From an uncultured bacterium (lineage in GTDB: Bacteria > Zixibacteria > MSB-5A5 > CAIYYT01): DNA of 64,000 nucleotides. How positions within the stretch are numbered: position 1 is the stretch's first letter; the number at the start of each line of letters is the position of its first letter. The DNA is taken from assembly GCA_963726455.1 (NCBI GenBank), contig CAVSCK010000004.1, positions 1,792,001-1,856,000 on the forward strand, in the 5' to 3' direction. The notes below the pieces were generated by a model. That model made no database searches, was not told the origin of the DNA, and saw only the letters and a program-made list of their open reading frames with translations. Below, piece after piece: positions 10,397-20,288 of the stretch. The position numbers and the translations under genes are program-made.

Positions 10397-10855
10397 TTAG
10401 AGAAACTTTATGTCTATACGTTTGGCCTTGGGCAGCATGTTCTTGACATGACCTGCCTGCAGCAGCCCGCATCCCAACGGGAAATTCAAGTGCTTGACCA
10501 ATACATAACCATCGGTCGTTTCGCCGATTTCCTCCGGCGTTGCATCGAGATCGAGCCCCTTGATATATCGCGCCGCCTGCTCACGTCCAAGTTGCAGCGC
10601 ATTACGTTTGATGTTGCCGCCAAACGCCTGCAAGAGATTGGTGGAGGGTTTGACTGTATTGCCAATTCGTGCGATCAATAGGCCGGCCGCATCGGGGTTC
10701 AGCACCGAATCAATCTCCTTCGGACCGAGAATGATGCGTCCATTGGCACTGGCGTAGAACTCGAAATCATCGAACAACGTCGCTGGCAGATCAAACCGCC
10801 GCTCAAGATATTCCAACGTCATGACCTTATATTCTTCAGGGCACCGTTCGATCAC
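10397..10855 (-). CDS. RsmF/NOL1-NOP2 C-terminal PUA-like domain protein
   Basis: KPSTNLLQAFG, GYVLVKHLNFPLGCG...KNMLPK; GTG start overlaps the upstream stop. Confidence 0.75.
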   Translation of the reverse strand: MIERCPEEYKVMTLEYLERRFDLPATLFDDFEFYASANGRIILGPKEIDSVLNPDAAGLLIARIGNTVKPSTNLLQAFGGNIKRNALQLGREQAARYIKGLDLDATPEEIGETTDGYVLVKHLNFPLGCGLLQAGHVKNMLPKAKRIDIKFL

Positions 10856-11766
10856 TTTCTGATCCTCGCCAAATAGAAGCCACCGGTGTCATTGTGATGT
10901 GGCAGCACCCTTGCCGTCTTGCGCACTTCGTCATCAAATTTGTAGTCTTGCCAGGACGTGATTCCCGGCATTAGGGCAAAATTCGGAATCTCGACCTGCT
11001 CCATTTTGGCAGGGCGTTCAGTCAACAGATAATTGACGACCGCTTCATTCTCTTCCGGAGCGATCGTGCAGGTGGAATAGACCAAGGTACCCCCTTCGGC
11101 CAGCAGGTCGAAGGCCATGAGGATAAGCTGCTTCTGACGGTAAGCGCTGGGGCCGATACGCTTGGGCGACCAGGCCTGCATCTGTCGCGGATTCTTCCGA
11201 AAAATCCCTTCCGACGTGCAAGGGGCATCCAGCAAAACGACATCAAATTGGGACTGCGGAAACGATCGCATATCGTAGTTTGTCACGACGGCATTGAGTG
11301 CGCCACTTCTCTCCAGGTTGAATTTCAATGGCCGAATACGTTCGTATTCCACGTCGTTGGCAACTATCGTGCCGCGATTGCACATTAGCGCTGCGAGCTG
11401 AGTGGTCTTTGAGCCCGGAGCCGCGCATGCATCCAAGACGCTCTTCGCCAATCGCAACTCCTCTCTGACAAGAAGCGGGGGCAACATGGAGGTCAACTCT
11501 TGTATGTAGATGGCGCCCAGGAAATGCTCGAGAGTCGAGCCGATGGCCGGGTTGTCGGAAACGAACGCATCCTCGTACCACGCTGTCTGTTCAATGCCGA
11601 TGCCGTAATCACGAAAGCGCGGAACGATCTGTTCTGCCGAACCTCTGAGGGTGTTTATGCGAAAGGCCTTCGGTAACGGCGTGACCATGCACTCAAAGAA
11701 TGCCTGGGCATCATCTACCAATGGTTCGTAACGTTCGGCAAATGCTCTGGGGACTTCAGGTTTCAT
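10852..11766 (-). CDS. RsmB/NOP family RNA m5C methyltransferase (RsmF-like catalytic domain)
   Basis: YIQELTSM, VLDACAAPGSKTTQ, FDVVLLDAPCTSEG, LVYSTCT..PEENE, GGFYLARIRK. Confidence 0.92.
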   Translation of the reverse strand: MKPEVPRAFAERYEPLVDDAQAFFECMVTPLPKAFRINTLRGSAEQIVPRFRDYGIGIEQTAWYEDAFVSDNPAIGSTLEHFLGAIYIQELTSMLPPLLVREELRLAKSVLDACAAPGSKTTQLAALMCNRGTIVANDVEYERIRPLKFNLERSGALNAVVTNYDMRSFPQSQFDVVLLDAPCTSEGIFRKNPRQMQAWSPKRIGPSAYRQKQLILMAFDLLAEGGTLVYSTCTIAPEENEAVVNYLLTERPAKMEQVEIPNFALMPGITSWQDYKFDDEVRKTARVLPHHNDTGGFYLARIRK

Positions 11767-11947
11767 CGCGCGCTGAGTATAGCCACCATGCCGACCGGTG
11801 TCAACCGGCAATGTCCTGCGGCACAAACTCTTTTGCAGGCAACGAGTCTTCATCCGGTCGCTGCCTACTTGACAACCGCGCAATCATGCCATACAATGTC
11901 GCCTGCATTTGGGACAGGTGCAGTGGCACCATAACCAGTGAAAGAGC

Positions 11948-12589
11948 ATGGCGAAGAAGAAACTGAGACGATTTGCTGAATTGAACACGTTCCCGAACGT
12001 TTTTCAGTCCTTGGTCGATCTCAAAGGCAGGTGGCGTAGTGACTTCTTTCACAATGATTGTCCTATTATTCTCGAATTGGCCTGCGGCAAAGGGGAGTAC
12101 GCGGTCGAACTGGCCCAGCGTTTTCCGCAGAAGAATTTCGTCGGCATTGACATCAAGGGTGCCCGCCTCTGGACTGGCGCCAGGAAAGCCATAGACGCCA
12201 AGCTGACCAATATTGCTTTCCTGCGAATTCCGATAGAGACAGTGACCAATTGGTTTGCCACAGGTGAAGTCGATGAGATCTGGATCACGTTTCCCGACCC
12301 TTACCTGCGCAATAGCAAGGCACGCAAGCGACTCACTTCGCCACGCTTCTTGGCGCTTTATCGCCAGATTTTGTCTACAAATGCTTGCATTCACCTCAAA
12401 ACTGACGAGCCCAACTTGTTCGCCTACACACAGCAAGTCGTTGCCGCAGAAAATGGTACTCTTCAGGAAGTGATCGACGATATCTATCAGGGCGGAATTC
12501 ACGACGAGGTCCTGTCCATTCAGACTACTTATGAACGCATGCATCTTGAGGTCGGAAGAACAATTAAGTATCTGCGCTTCCGGCTGTAG
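11948..12589 (+). CDS. trmB: tRNA (guanine46-N7)-methyltransferase
   Basis: LELACGKGEY, FVGIDIKGARLW, ITFPDPY, KRLTSPRFL, HLKTD, QTTYE. Confidence 0.93.
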   Translation: MAKKKLRRFAELNTFPNVFQSLVDLKGRWRSDFFHNDCPIILELACGKGEYAVELAQRFPQKNFVGIDIKGARLWTGARKAIDAKLTNIAFLRIPIETVTNWFATGEVDEIWITFPDPYLRNSKARKRLTSPRFLALYRQILSTNACIHLKTDEPNLFAYTQQVVAAENGTLQEVIDDIYQGGIHDEVLSIQTTYERMHLEVGRTIKYLRFRL

Positions 12590-12663
12590 TGTCGGCCAAG
12601 TATTTTCCTGCCAACTCGATAGCCAAAGTGCCCCATCCACCTGAAGGCCGTTGCCGGGTAGTC

Positions 12664-12733
12664 TTGTGAAAAATATAACAAAATCGCTCAAATATTACTT
12701 GACAGGAAAGACTCTGTTAGTTAGCGTTAACTA
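12664..12733 (+). promoter_or_regulatory. Sigma70 promoter with overlapping TetR-type operator and upstream CRP/FNR- or Rex-like box
   Basis: TTGACA(12699-12704)-17-TAGCGT(12722-12727); inverted repeat TAGTTA-GCGT-TAACTA (12718-12733); TTGTGA-AAAATA-TAACAA (12664-12681). Confidence 0.65.
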
Positions 12734-12756
12734 CGGAGCAGGAAGAGTGAAGATTT

Positions 12757-13380
12757 GTGAAACGAACGGCCGACTCAAGGAAACAGCAGATCATTGCAGA
12801 AGCAACGCGACTATTCAGCAAGCTGGGCTACGACAGTGTTACCACGAAAGAGCTGGCGCTCGCCTGTGGTGTCTCCGAACCGGCGCTTTACCGATACTTC
12901 CCGTCAAAGGAAGCCATATATGATGAAGTGCTCAATTCCCTGGAGTCGCGGCTGGAAGTCAGAGACCTGTTCGCCAGACTGGCTGGCGAGACCGATGTGG
13001 AGCGACTGCTGTCCGAACTGGCCGGCCAGATACTCGAATTCTTCAAGGCAAATCAGGACATCTACCGACTAATGTTATACTCTGCGTTGTGTGGCCATGC
13101 GAAGGCCAAGAAAGTCTATCGAGCCGTTCGGGGAACTTACGTGGATTTCCTGACCGAACAATTCAATCGGCTGCGCGCCGCCAACGTGATCGTGACTAAG
13201 AATAATGAAATCACTGCCCGCTGCTTTGTCGGAATGGTCTTCGAATGTGCCATGTCGGCAACGCTCTTTAGCGGCTTTCTCGGAAAACGTTATCAACCAT
13301 CGGAAGTAGTACAGAACAACATTTCTATATTCTCTCGAGGGCTGTATCGGGAAATGTGCCCCACCAATCTTCGAGGCTGA
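12757..13380 (+). CDS. TetR/AcrR family transcriptional regulator
   Basis: N-terminal HTH: LFSKLGYDSVTTKELALACGVSEPALYRYFPSKEAIY. Confidence 0.92.
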   Translation: MKRTADSRKQQIIAEATRLFSKLGYDSVTTKELALACGVSEPALYRYFPSKEAIYDEVLNSLESRLEVRDLFARLAGETDVERLLSELAGQILEFFKANQDIYRLMLYSALCGHAKAKKVYRAVRGTYVDFLTEQFNRLRAANVIVTKNNEITARCFVGMVFECAMSATLFSGFLGKRYQPSEVVQNNISIFSRGLYREMCPTNLRG

Positions 13381-13435
13381 TACCAATTCGATTTATGAGC
13401 AATTCCCTCTCCTATAATGTGACGGACTCGTACAA

Positions 13436-16024
13436 ATGAGACAAAGACAATTTTTGCCAGTAGTGTTTATTTTTGCTTTCTTCCTGGCGGCGACCGCATT
13501 TAGCCAGGAAACCAAAGACAATCAATTCTGCCTCGGATGTCATGCCGACCAGTCGGTCCAAGCCGAGGACGGTCGAGCGCTCTTTGTCGACACGACGGTG
13601 CTCCACTCCTCGGTGCATAAAAGCCCCACTTGCATCGATTGCCACGACCAGCCCGGCGCCAATTTTGACGAAGCGCCGCACTTCAAAACCTACAAGCCGG
13701 TCGATTGCCAAAGCTGTCACCAGCTCGAGGGGGCGGCCTGGATGGAGTACTTCTTCAAGATGTTGAAGAACAAGGGCACCAAGGAGATTCCCGATTGCAA
13801 GGAATGTCACGGCACGCACAATGCTCAAAAGGAACTGAGCATGAAACTAGTGTGCGACCGCTGCCATCAGGAAATTGCCAACAAGTACCGCCAGAGTTAT
13901 CACTTCCAGAAATATCAGGAAGACACGCGCAAATACCCGATCTGTACGACCTGCCATGACGCACACTTCAAGTCAAAGAAAGAGGTGATGTCGGACAAGG
14001 AATACAAGCAGGAAATCGTAGACATCTGTTCCAAATGCCACCAGAGAGACATTGAAACTTACATTCACTCGCGCCACTTCCACGAGATGGAAGCCGGTAA
14101 CCCAAAGGCGCCGGTCTGCACCAGTTGCCACGAGAACCATGATATTCGCAAACCGTCCGATCCGCTGTCGCGCGTGAACACCGGCAACATTTCGAACGTG
14201 TGCAACGGTTGTCATCCGGGGCACAAAGAGAGCTTGCATCGGGCAGCGGGTGTCGACCCGACTACCATTTCCTGTGCCACCTGCCACACCGGGCATCAGA
14301 CGGACATGGCTTCGATCAATAATTCCATCTTCAAGGAAGGTGGCATTGTCAATCGCTGCAACATCTGCCATGAGACCGAGCGCCACACCAAAGAAAATCT
14401 GGCACATGGCGAGATCATGCTCATTCAGCCGGCCGGAGGCGAGGCCAACTGCACCAAGTGCCACGTCTATCATTGGAACCTGCCGGGTCTGGACAATGAA
14501 GCTGTTAAACACCAGCGCACTGAGTGCATCAACTGCCATGCCCAGGAAAACCGTGAATACAAGCATTCAATCCACGGCCGAGCCCGGGCACAGGGAATCA
14601 TGGAAGCCCCGACCTGTACTACCTGCCACGGCGAAAAGGACATCAAGAGGGTGAAAGAGCAGTTCACTGCGGAAGGCATTATCAAGCTCTGCTCGTCTTG
14701 TCATGGCGACAAGGACAAGATGCTGAAATTCCAGATAAATCCATACGTGGTGGAGGGCTACAAGGAGACTTATCACGGCAAGTTGTTCGAGACAGGTACG
14801 ATGGAAGTCAAGTTTGCCGTCTGTACCAACTGCCACGGCGTTCACACCATTCAACCGCCGAACGATCCTGAATCCAGCGTCAATCGCGACCACATCGTTC
14901 AGACCTGTAAACAATGCCATCCGCGCGCCAACGATCGATTCGTGTCGTACCTCGTTCACCCCATCAAACCGAGCAAGTCTGAACTCGAGGAAGGTGACCG
15001 GCTGGCACAGGGCGATACTTCAATCGCGGCTCTCAAACGTGATTCACTTCATCGCGGTGAAACAAAGGAAGTCGCCGGTTCATGGCAAAGCTTCAATTCG
15101 ATTGTCACCACGCTGATGACCATCTTGCTGGTGGGCACGCTCGGCGTGTTCGGCTTCCACACAGTACTCTGGTTCCAGAAGGGAATCCGGCCGCGTGTTC
15201 GCCCGGAAGTTATCTATTACAGCCGCATCGACGGTTTCCACAGGTTCCTGCATATCCTGATCAATATCAGTTTCCTGACCCTGGCCTTTACAGGATTACC
15301 GCAGTCCTATGCGCATACGGAGCTGGCAAAATGGCTATTCAAGAATGTCATCTCACTTCACACAGCGCAATTGCTGCACTATATCGCGGCGATCATCACC
15401 GGCTTCTATTTTGTTGCGCATATTGTATTCCTTGGATTCAAGATCAAGAAGATCGGTTTCAAAGCGCTGATGACCGGCCCGAACACCATGGTGATGCGCA
15501 TGAAGGACATTCACGATCTCATTGCTCACGTGAAGTGGTTCTTCGGCAAAGGACCGGCGCCCCAGTTCGACCGTTGGACGTATTGGGAAAAGTTCGACTA
15601 TTTCGCAGTTTTCTGGGGAGTCTTCGTGATCGGACTCTCCGGCCTGTTGCGCTGGAAGGAAGAGCTTTTCGGGAATTTCCTCGGCGGTGGAATCATCAGT
15701 CTTGCTGACACTATCCACAGGGAAGAAGCTCTGTTGGCCACTGCCTTCATCTTTATCGTGCACTTTTTCAACACGCACTTGCGTGCCAGCAAATTCCCGA
15801 TGGATGTCTCCGTTTACACCGGCAGAATTGATGAGCACGAATTTAAGGAAGAACGTCCGCTCGAATACAAGCGCCTTGCCATCGAGGGTGGACTTGAACA
15901 ACGTAAGAGAAGACCCCTGGGCCTCGTCCCGTCGATCATTGCTTACATCTGGGGCACCGCGGCATTACTCACGGGTTTCTTCCTGCTCTTCTTGATTATA
16001 CTCGGCCACTTTACAGCAAGGTAG
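13436..16024 (+). CDS. Multiheme cytochrome c (17 CxxCH) fused to cytochrome b domain, CbcL-like
   Basis: Signal peptide; 17 CxxCH counted by hand; membrane domain RFLH...LAFTGLP, QLLHY, YWEKFDYFAVFWG, TIHREEALLA..FIVHFFNTH. Confidence 0.88.
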   Translation: MRQRQFLPVVFIFAFFLAATAFSQETKDNQFCLGCHADQSVQAEDGRALFVDTTVLHSSVHKSPTCIDCHDQPGANFDEAPHFKTYKPVDCQSCHQLEGAAWMEYFFKMLKNKGTKEIPDCKECHGTHNAQKELSMKLVCDRCHQEIANKYRQSYHFQKYQEDTRKYPICTTCHDAHFKSKKEVMSDKEYKQEIVDICSKCHQRDIETYIHSRHFHEMEAGNPKAPVCTSCHENHDIRKPSDPLSRVNTGNISNVCNGCHPGHKESLHRAAGVDPTTISCATCHTGHQTDMASINNSIFKEGGIVNRCNICHETERHTKENLAHGEIMLIQPAGGEANCTKCHVYHWNLPGLDNEAVKHQRTECINCHAQENREYKHSIHGRARAQGIMEAPTCTTCHGEKDIKRVKEQFTAEGIIKLCSSCHGDKDKMLKFQINPYVVEGYKETYHGKLFETGTMEVKFAVCTNCHGVHTIQPPNDPESSVNRDHIVQTCKQCHPRANDRFVSYLVHPIKPSKSELEEGDRLAQGDTSIAALKRDSLHRGETKEVAGSWQSFNSIVTTLMTILLVGTLGVFGFHTVLWFQKGIRPRVRPEVIYYSRIDGFHRFLHILINISFLTLAFTGLPQSYAHTELAKWLFKNVISLHTAQLLHYIAAIITGFYFVAHIVFLGFKIKKIGFKALMTGPNTMVMRMKDIHDLIAHVKWFFGKGPAPQFDRWTYWEKFDYFAVFWGVFVIGLSGLLRWKEELFGNFLGGGIISLADTIHREEALLATAFIFIVHFFNTHLRASKFPMDVSVYTGRIDEHEFKEERPLEYKRLAIEGGLEQRKRRPLGLVPSIIAYIWGTAALLTGFFLLFLIILGHFTAR

Positions 16025-16101
16025 CGTCGCGTGACTTTGGGGCAAGAACAGGTATTTGATGTGCAGACAGCTCAATATGATGATATAGCGGAGTCGAAAT
16101 C

Positions 16102-18093
16102 ATGTTAAAGATTATTCCAGATCGAATCAGGGGTGCCATGCTGATCGGCGTCTGCGCTCTCGCGGTGCTGTATGTCGGCTTGGTACCGCAACTCAAGGCA
16201 GCACCGACTAACGAGACCTGTTTGGAGTGTCACAGCGACAAAACTCTGACAGGCAAAGATTCACTTGGCGCCGACATCAATATGTCCGTCGATCCCGATA
16301 CGTTTAAAGTTTCTTCACACGGGGCCATGGCGTGTATCGACTGTCATGCGGATCTTGCTTCGGCAACCGATTTCCCTCACGCGGACAAACTCAAACTGGT
16401 CGATTGCGGTGCGTGTCACAGCGATGTTCAGGAGATCTTTGTCAGTTCAGCCCATGGAAAAGCGCTCGACAACCCCAACGCGCCTACGTGCGCATCCTGT
16501 CACGGTAAGCATGACATCCTGCCGCATTCAAACCCGGCTGCCATGACTTCGGCGAAGAACCTCCCCTACACGTGCGCATCCTGCCACCACAAGATTGTTC
16601 TAAAGGAAGATCCGGATATTCGCATTACCGATTCCTTCGACCGCTATATGAAGGGTATTCATGCCGAGGGAATTTCCAAGGGCATCGGTTCCGCCGCCTC
16701 CTGCAACGATTGCCACGGCACTCATGACCTTTATAAAGCATCGGATCCTCGTTCGCTGGCGAACAAAATGAATATTCCGCACACTTGTGCAAAGTGTCAT
16801 AACGACATCTACATTCAATACGAACGTGGTATTCACGGCAAGGCGTTGACCGCTGGAATCCTCGATGCACCTAATTGCACCGACTGCCACGGCGAACACG
16901 AAATCCTCAAGATTGATGACCCGGGTGCGCCGGTCAATTCATCCAACCTTGCTGAATATGTCTGCGGCAAGTGCCACAACGACCCGCAGGTCGTGGAAAA
17001 ATATGGCTTGCCACAGGGACGGTTCACATCATACCAGGACTCTTATCATGGTCTGGCGGTACGTGGAGGGTCCCTCAAGGCCGCCAACTGCGTCTCCTGC
17101 CACCGTGCACACGAAATACTTCCCAGCATCAATGCCGCTTCATCCATCAATAAGGACAACATCGTATTTACATGTCAGAAGTGCCACCCCAAGGCCAATC
17201 TGAAATTTGCGACCAGCTATACGCATAAGACGGCATCGATCCAGTTCAATCAACTCGATTGGTGGGTACGCTCAATCTATATATTCGCGATTGTCGTTAT
17301 CATCGGTGGTATGCTGGTACACAATGGAATCATCGTAAGCAGATTCATCGTGGACAAGCATCGGCACAATAAGGAACTGCCAACGATAACGCGCTTCACG
17401 AGCAATATGGTTTTTCAACATCTGGTGTTGACCGTCGCCTTCGTTACACTCGTGATTACAGGTTTTGCTCTAAAATTCCCGAATGCATGGTGGGTGTCCA
17501 TCCTCAACGTCTTCGGCCTGCATGAAGATGCTCGTTCAGTGGTGCACCGTATCGCTGCAGTCTTCCTGCTGTACATAACTTTCCACCACACCATCTTCAT
17601 TCTCCTTACGCGCCGGGGGAAAGAGGAATTGCGCGGCTTGATGCCGACCTGGCAGGACTTCAAAGACCTCATTTTGAATGTCAAATATCATCTGGGATTA
17701 ACCAGGGAACACCCGCATTACGATCAGTACGACTACACGGAAAAGGCCGAGTACTGGGCGCTCGTCTGGGGTACTCTGGCAATGGCGCTCACCGGCTTCG
17801 TGCTTTGGTTCCCCACCTTCTTTACGGGGTTCATGCCGGCGTGGATCGTCAAAATCGCCGAGACGATTCACTATTATGAAGCGTGGTTGGCCACTCTGGC
17901 GATCGCCGTGTTCCATTTCTTCTTCGTGATTTTCCATCCGGAGCAGTACCCCATGTCCTTCGCCTGGTTGACCGGCAAAATCACTGAGGAATCGTGCCGT
18001 ATCCATCATCCGCGGTGGTATGAAAGAATGACAGGCAAACGAATGACGGCCGACAGCGGAACTGAACCGGAAAAAGAGCAAATGGCGAAATAG
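16102..18093 (+). CDS. Multiheme cytochrome c (11 CxxCH) fused to cytochrome b domain, CbcL-like
   Basis: Signal peptide; 11 CxxCH; VFQH...ITGFALKFP, VVHRIAA, YTEKAEYWALVWG, IHYYEAWLA..VFHFF. Confidence 0.88.
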   Translation: MLKIIPDRIRGAMLIGVCALAVLYVGLVPQLKAAPTNETCLECHSDKTLTGKDSLGADINMSVDPDTFKVSSHGAMACIDCHADLASATDFPHADKLKLVDCGACHSDVQEIFVSSAHGKALDNPNAPTCASCHGKHDILPHSNPAAMTSAKNLPYTCASCHHKIVLKEDPDIRITDSFDRYMKGIHAEGISKGIGSAASCNDCHGTHDLYKASDPRSLANKMNIPHTCAKCHNDIYIQYERGIHGKALTAGILDAPNCTDCHGEHEILKIDDPGAPVNSSNLAEYVCGKCHNDPQVVEKYGLPQGRFTSYQDSYHGLAVRGGSLKAANCVSCHRAHEILPSINAASSINKDNIVFTCQKCHPKANLKFATSYTHKTASIQFNQLDWWVRSIYIFAIVVIIGGMLVHNGIIVSRFIVDKHRHNKELPTITRFTSNMVFQHLVLTVAFVTLVITGFALKFPNAWWVSILNVFGLHEDARSVVHRIAAVFLLYITFHHTIFILLTRRGKEELRGLMPTWQDFKDLILNVKYHLGLTREHPHYDQYDYTEKAEYWALVWGTLAMALTGFVLWFPTFFTGFMPAWIVKIAETIHYYEAWLATLAIAVFHFFFVIFHPEQYPMSFAWLTGKITEESCRIHHPRWYERMTGKRMTADSGTEPEKEQMAK

Positions 18094-18169
18094 GATTCAC
18101 ATATCAGGTTGGAGGTCTTTCGACCCGGGCAGGATAATACTCAAGTCTTGGGTTGTTGAGACGTGATTG

Positions 18170-18208
18170 GGCCGCGGTTTACGGGAATCCGCGGCCTTTC
18201 CGTTTTCC
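18170..18208 (+). terminator. Probable intrinsic terminator of the cytochrome operon
   Basis: GGCCGCGG...CCGCGGCC stem followed by TTTCCGTTTT. Confidence 0.65.
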
Positions 18209-18315
18209 CTTTGACTTTTAAATGGTAATGCCTTTTCTTGTTTTGTCCATTCGCTGTTCTGACTCGTGTCTCATGGCGAAATGGTAGCGGTGGCTCTCAT
18301 CGCGACATTTCCTAC

Positions 18316-18405
18316 GGAGAGGTGGCCGAGAGGCTGAAGGCAGCGGTTTGCTAAACCGCCATACGGCTTTAAACCGTATCCAGGGTTCGAATCCCTGCCT
18401 CTCCG
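18316..18405 (+). tRNA. tRNA-Ser (anticodon GCT)
   Basis: GGAGAGG/CCTCTCC acceptor stem, anticodon arm GCGGT-TTGCTAA-ACCGC, long variable arm ATACGG..CCGTAT, T-loop GGTTCGAATCC; CCA not encoded. Confidence 0.96.
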
Positions 18406-18719
18406 CATAATTTCCAACTCCAGATTCGCCCCCTCAAATGTAGTGACTGCCAGTGACACCGCCCCTTTGAAATTCGTTAGCTTATGACGGCAGAATGATG
18501 AACTAAGACAGTTTCTAGATTGACGTGAGGATTTGTCTCGAATCCCACAGCAAAGAGAATGCCCCGCAAGTTCGACAATGTTTCGCCGTCAGGCGGAAGA
18601 TTGTCTCATCCCTTGCTCGCTTGGGGTTTGCAGATACAGTCAATTTACGGCAAGGAAATACTCGCGGGACACTCTCCTGCTATCGCTCAAGGAGAAGCCA
18701 GGTTCAGATATTGGAGACA

Positions 18720-19052
18720 TCAGTCGGCTTCACGTTCTTCATGTTCGCGGTGTTCACGGCCTTCATGGTCCCAATAACCACGAACCCAGACATAACCGCG
18801 ATCTCTTCTCTCCCAGCGGCCCGGCACCCAGTTACCATGAGGGTGTCGTTCCCAGTGGCCTTCGACCCAGATGTACTCGTCGGCTCTCCAGCCCCAATGC
18901 CCGTCAATCCAGACTGCGTCTGGTGATGGCGGCGCGGGTCTGACTTCAATTCTGAGCGGGGGCGGCCCCGATTCAACGTAGAGTTCGCCCGCACAGCTGA
19001 GAAGACTCGTCATGCCCACCATTGCTGCCAGAAGAAGTGCTTTGCCTTTCAT
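18720..19052 (-). CDS. Small lipoprotein with YXWGXW-type (W-x-x-G-x-W) repeats
   Basis: GGAGG RBS; lipobox LLSC; WIDGHWGW, WVEGHW, WVPGRW, WVRGYW. Confidence 0.8.
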   Translation of the reverse strand: MKGKALLLAAMVGMTSLLSCAGELYVESGPPPLRIEVRPAPPSPDAVWIDGHWGWRADEYIWVEGHWERHPHGNWVPGRWERRDRGYVWVRGYWDHEGREHREHEEREAD

Positions 19053-19148
19053 AGTTCCTCCTTCCTCATCTATTCCGCGAACTTGACGTCGGGTCATATT
19101 CGCATGTCCGACGAAAAGGTCAGATAACGGGATCACGTTTGTGGACGC

Positions 19149-19802
19149 TTACCTTGAAGCCACGGCGACTTCAAGTGATTGCTCCAAAGTAAAAGTGACC
19201 GTCGTACCCGACGAAATTACAATGTTCTGCCTTCCGGTGGCGGCAGCAGCACCCGTACCTGCGGCAGCACCTGCTAAGCCACCGATCACAGCACCTTTAC
19301 CCTTGCCAATCAAACCACCGACAACGGCGCCGGCAGCGGAACCGCCACCAATCATTTCGACTTCACGCTTGGTGTGGCTGGTGCCTCTGTGGAACACCTT
19401 ACTTGCCTTGACACTATATGCGCTGCCGTCAGCAAGTGTGATGTGGTCGATTGTGAAGGCGATTTCCGGCGGGGTCTTGAGAGTTCCGCCTTTCGTCAGG
19501 TCAGTAATGACCAGGTCAGCGGTCGCGCCTTCCGGAATGGCAACAATATTGTTCTCCTCTACGGATCTGGCAATCACACCGCTGAAGTGATCGCCAACGT
19601 GATTCTCATTAGTCTGCACCGAGGACGACAAGGTGACGTGAATCTCGGTCGACGCCGGCAGAGCGAGATATTGATTGTCTGAACTGGCAGACGTGTTGCC
19701 GCCGGATGCACCTTGCGCGGTCGAATGCATCCTGTTCGAGCACCCCCAGATCGTGAGCATGAGTCCTGCCACGATTAGCCGTATGACGGATGATTTCGCC
19801 AT
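19149..19802 (-). CDS. Lipoprotein with glycine-zipper region
   Basis: AGGAGG RBS; lipobox IWGC; IGGGSAAGAVVGGLIGKGKGAVIGGLAGAAAGTGAAA. Confidence 0.78.
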   Translation of the reverse strand: MAKSSVIRLIVAGLMLTIWGCSNRMHSTAQGASGGNTSASSDNQYLALPASTEIHVTLSSSVQTNENHVGDHFSGVIARSVEENNIVAIPEGATADLVITDLTKGGTLKTPPEIAFTIDHITLADGSAYSVKASKVFHRGTSHTKREVEMIGGGSAAGAVVGGLIGKGKGAVIGGLAGAAAGTGAAAATGRQNIVISSGTTVTFTLEQSLEVAVASR

Positions 19803-20154
19803 AGTACCTCCTATCCCCCGAATGAATACTAGAAGCAACCCAACAAGTAACGGGTTACCCCCGGTCTACGACTTCATTCGAGATCAACGAGGATTTGTAC
19901 GACTTGAACGGGCATTGAGTTGGAAAACAATACTATTTTTCTCGTAATTGCTTGCCCTGCTTCTGTTTGAGACAGCAGTATTATCGTGCGGGATTCCTAT
20001 TGGTAGAGCATGGAGTCGAATTACCTGACACACACCAGCCGCGAAACGAATGCGATCAGCTTTGGTCGAAGATACAGAAATAGACCAGGAGAGCAGTCAG
20101 CGTACGGCTGCCCGATCGGATGTGCTCAAGAGAAGAGTCAGCGAAGACTTATCG

Positions 20155-20265
20155 TCAGATTTGGCGCTTTTGTCTCTTGATTCTGGCGCTACGTCGGGCA
20201 AAGTAGGCGATACCCAGAAGGACGGCTACTCCAAACAGAATGAATGTCGTTGCATCAAGTTTCAT
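20155..20265 (-). CDS. 36-aa small membrane protein (TM helix plus basic tail), absent from the ORF track
   Basis: GGAGGTG RBS; MKLDATTFILFGVAVLLGIAYFARRSARIKRQKRQI*; directly downstream of tadC. Confidence 0.65.
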   Translation of the reverse strand: MKLDATTFILFGVAVLLGIAYFARRSARIKRQKRQI

Positions 20266-20288
20266 ACTCGATCACCTCCGAATTGTGA

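Noticed and set aside
11801-12691. 296-aa minus-strand ORF
   Set aside because: Antisense shadow of trmB with no recognisable motifs
18525-18943. Plus-strand ORFs downstream of the tRNA
   Set aside because: No clear RBS or motifs; they overlap the better-supported minus-strand lipoprotein
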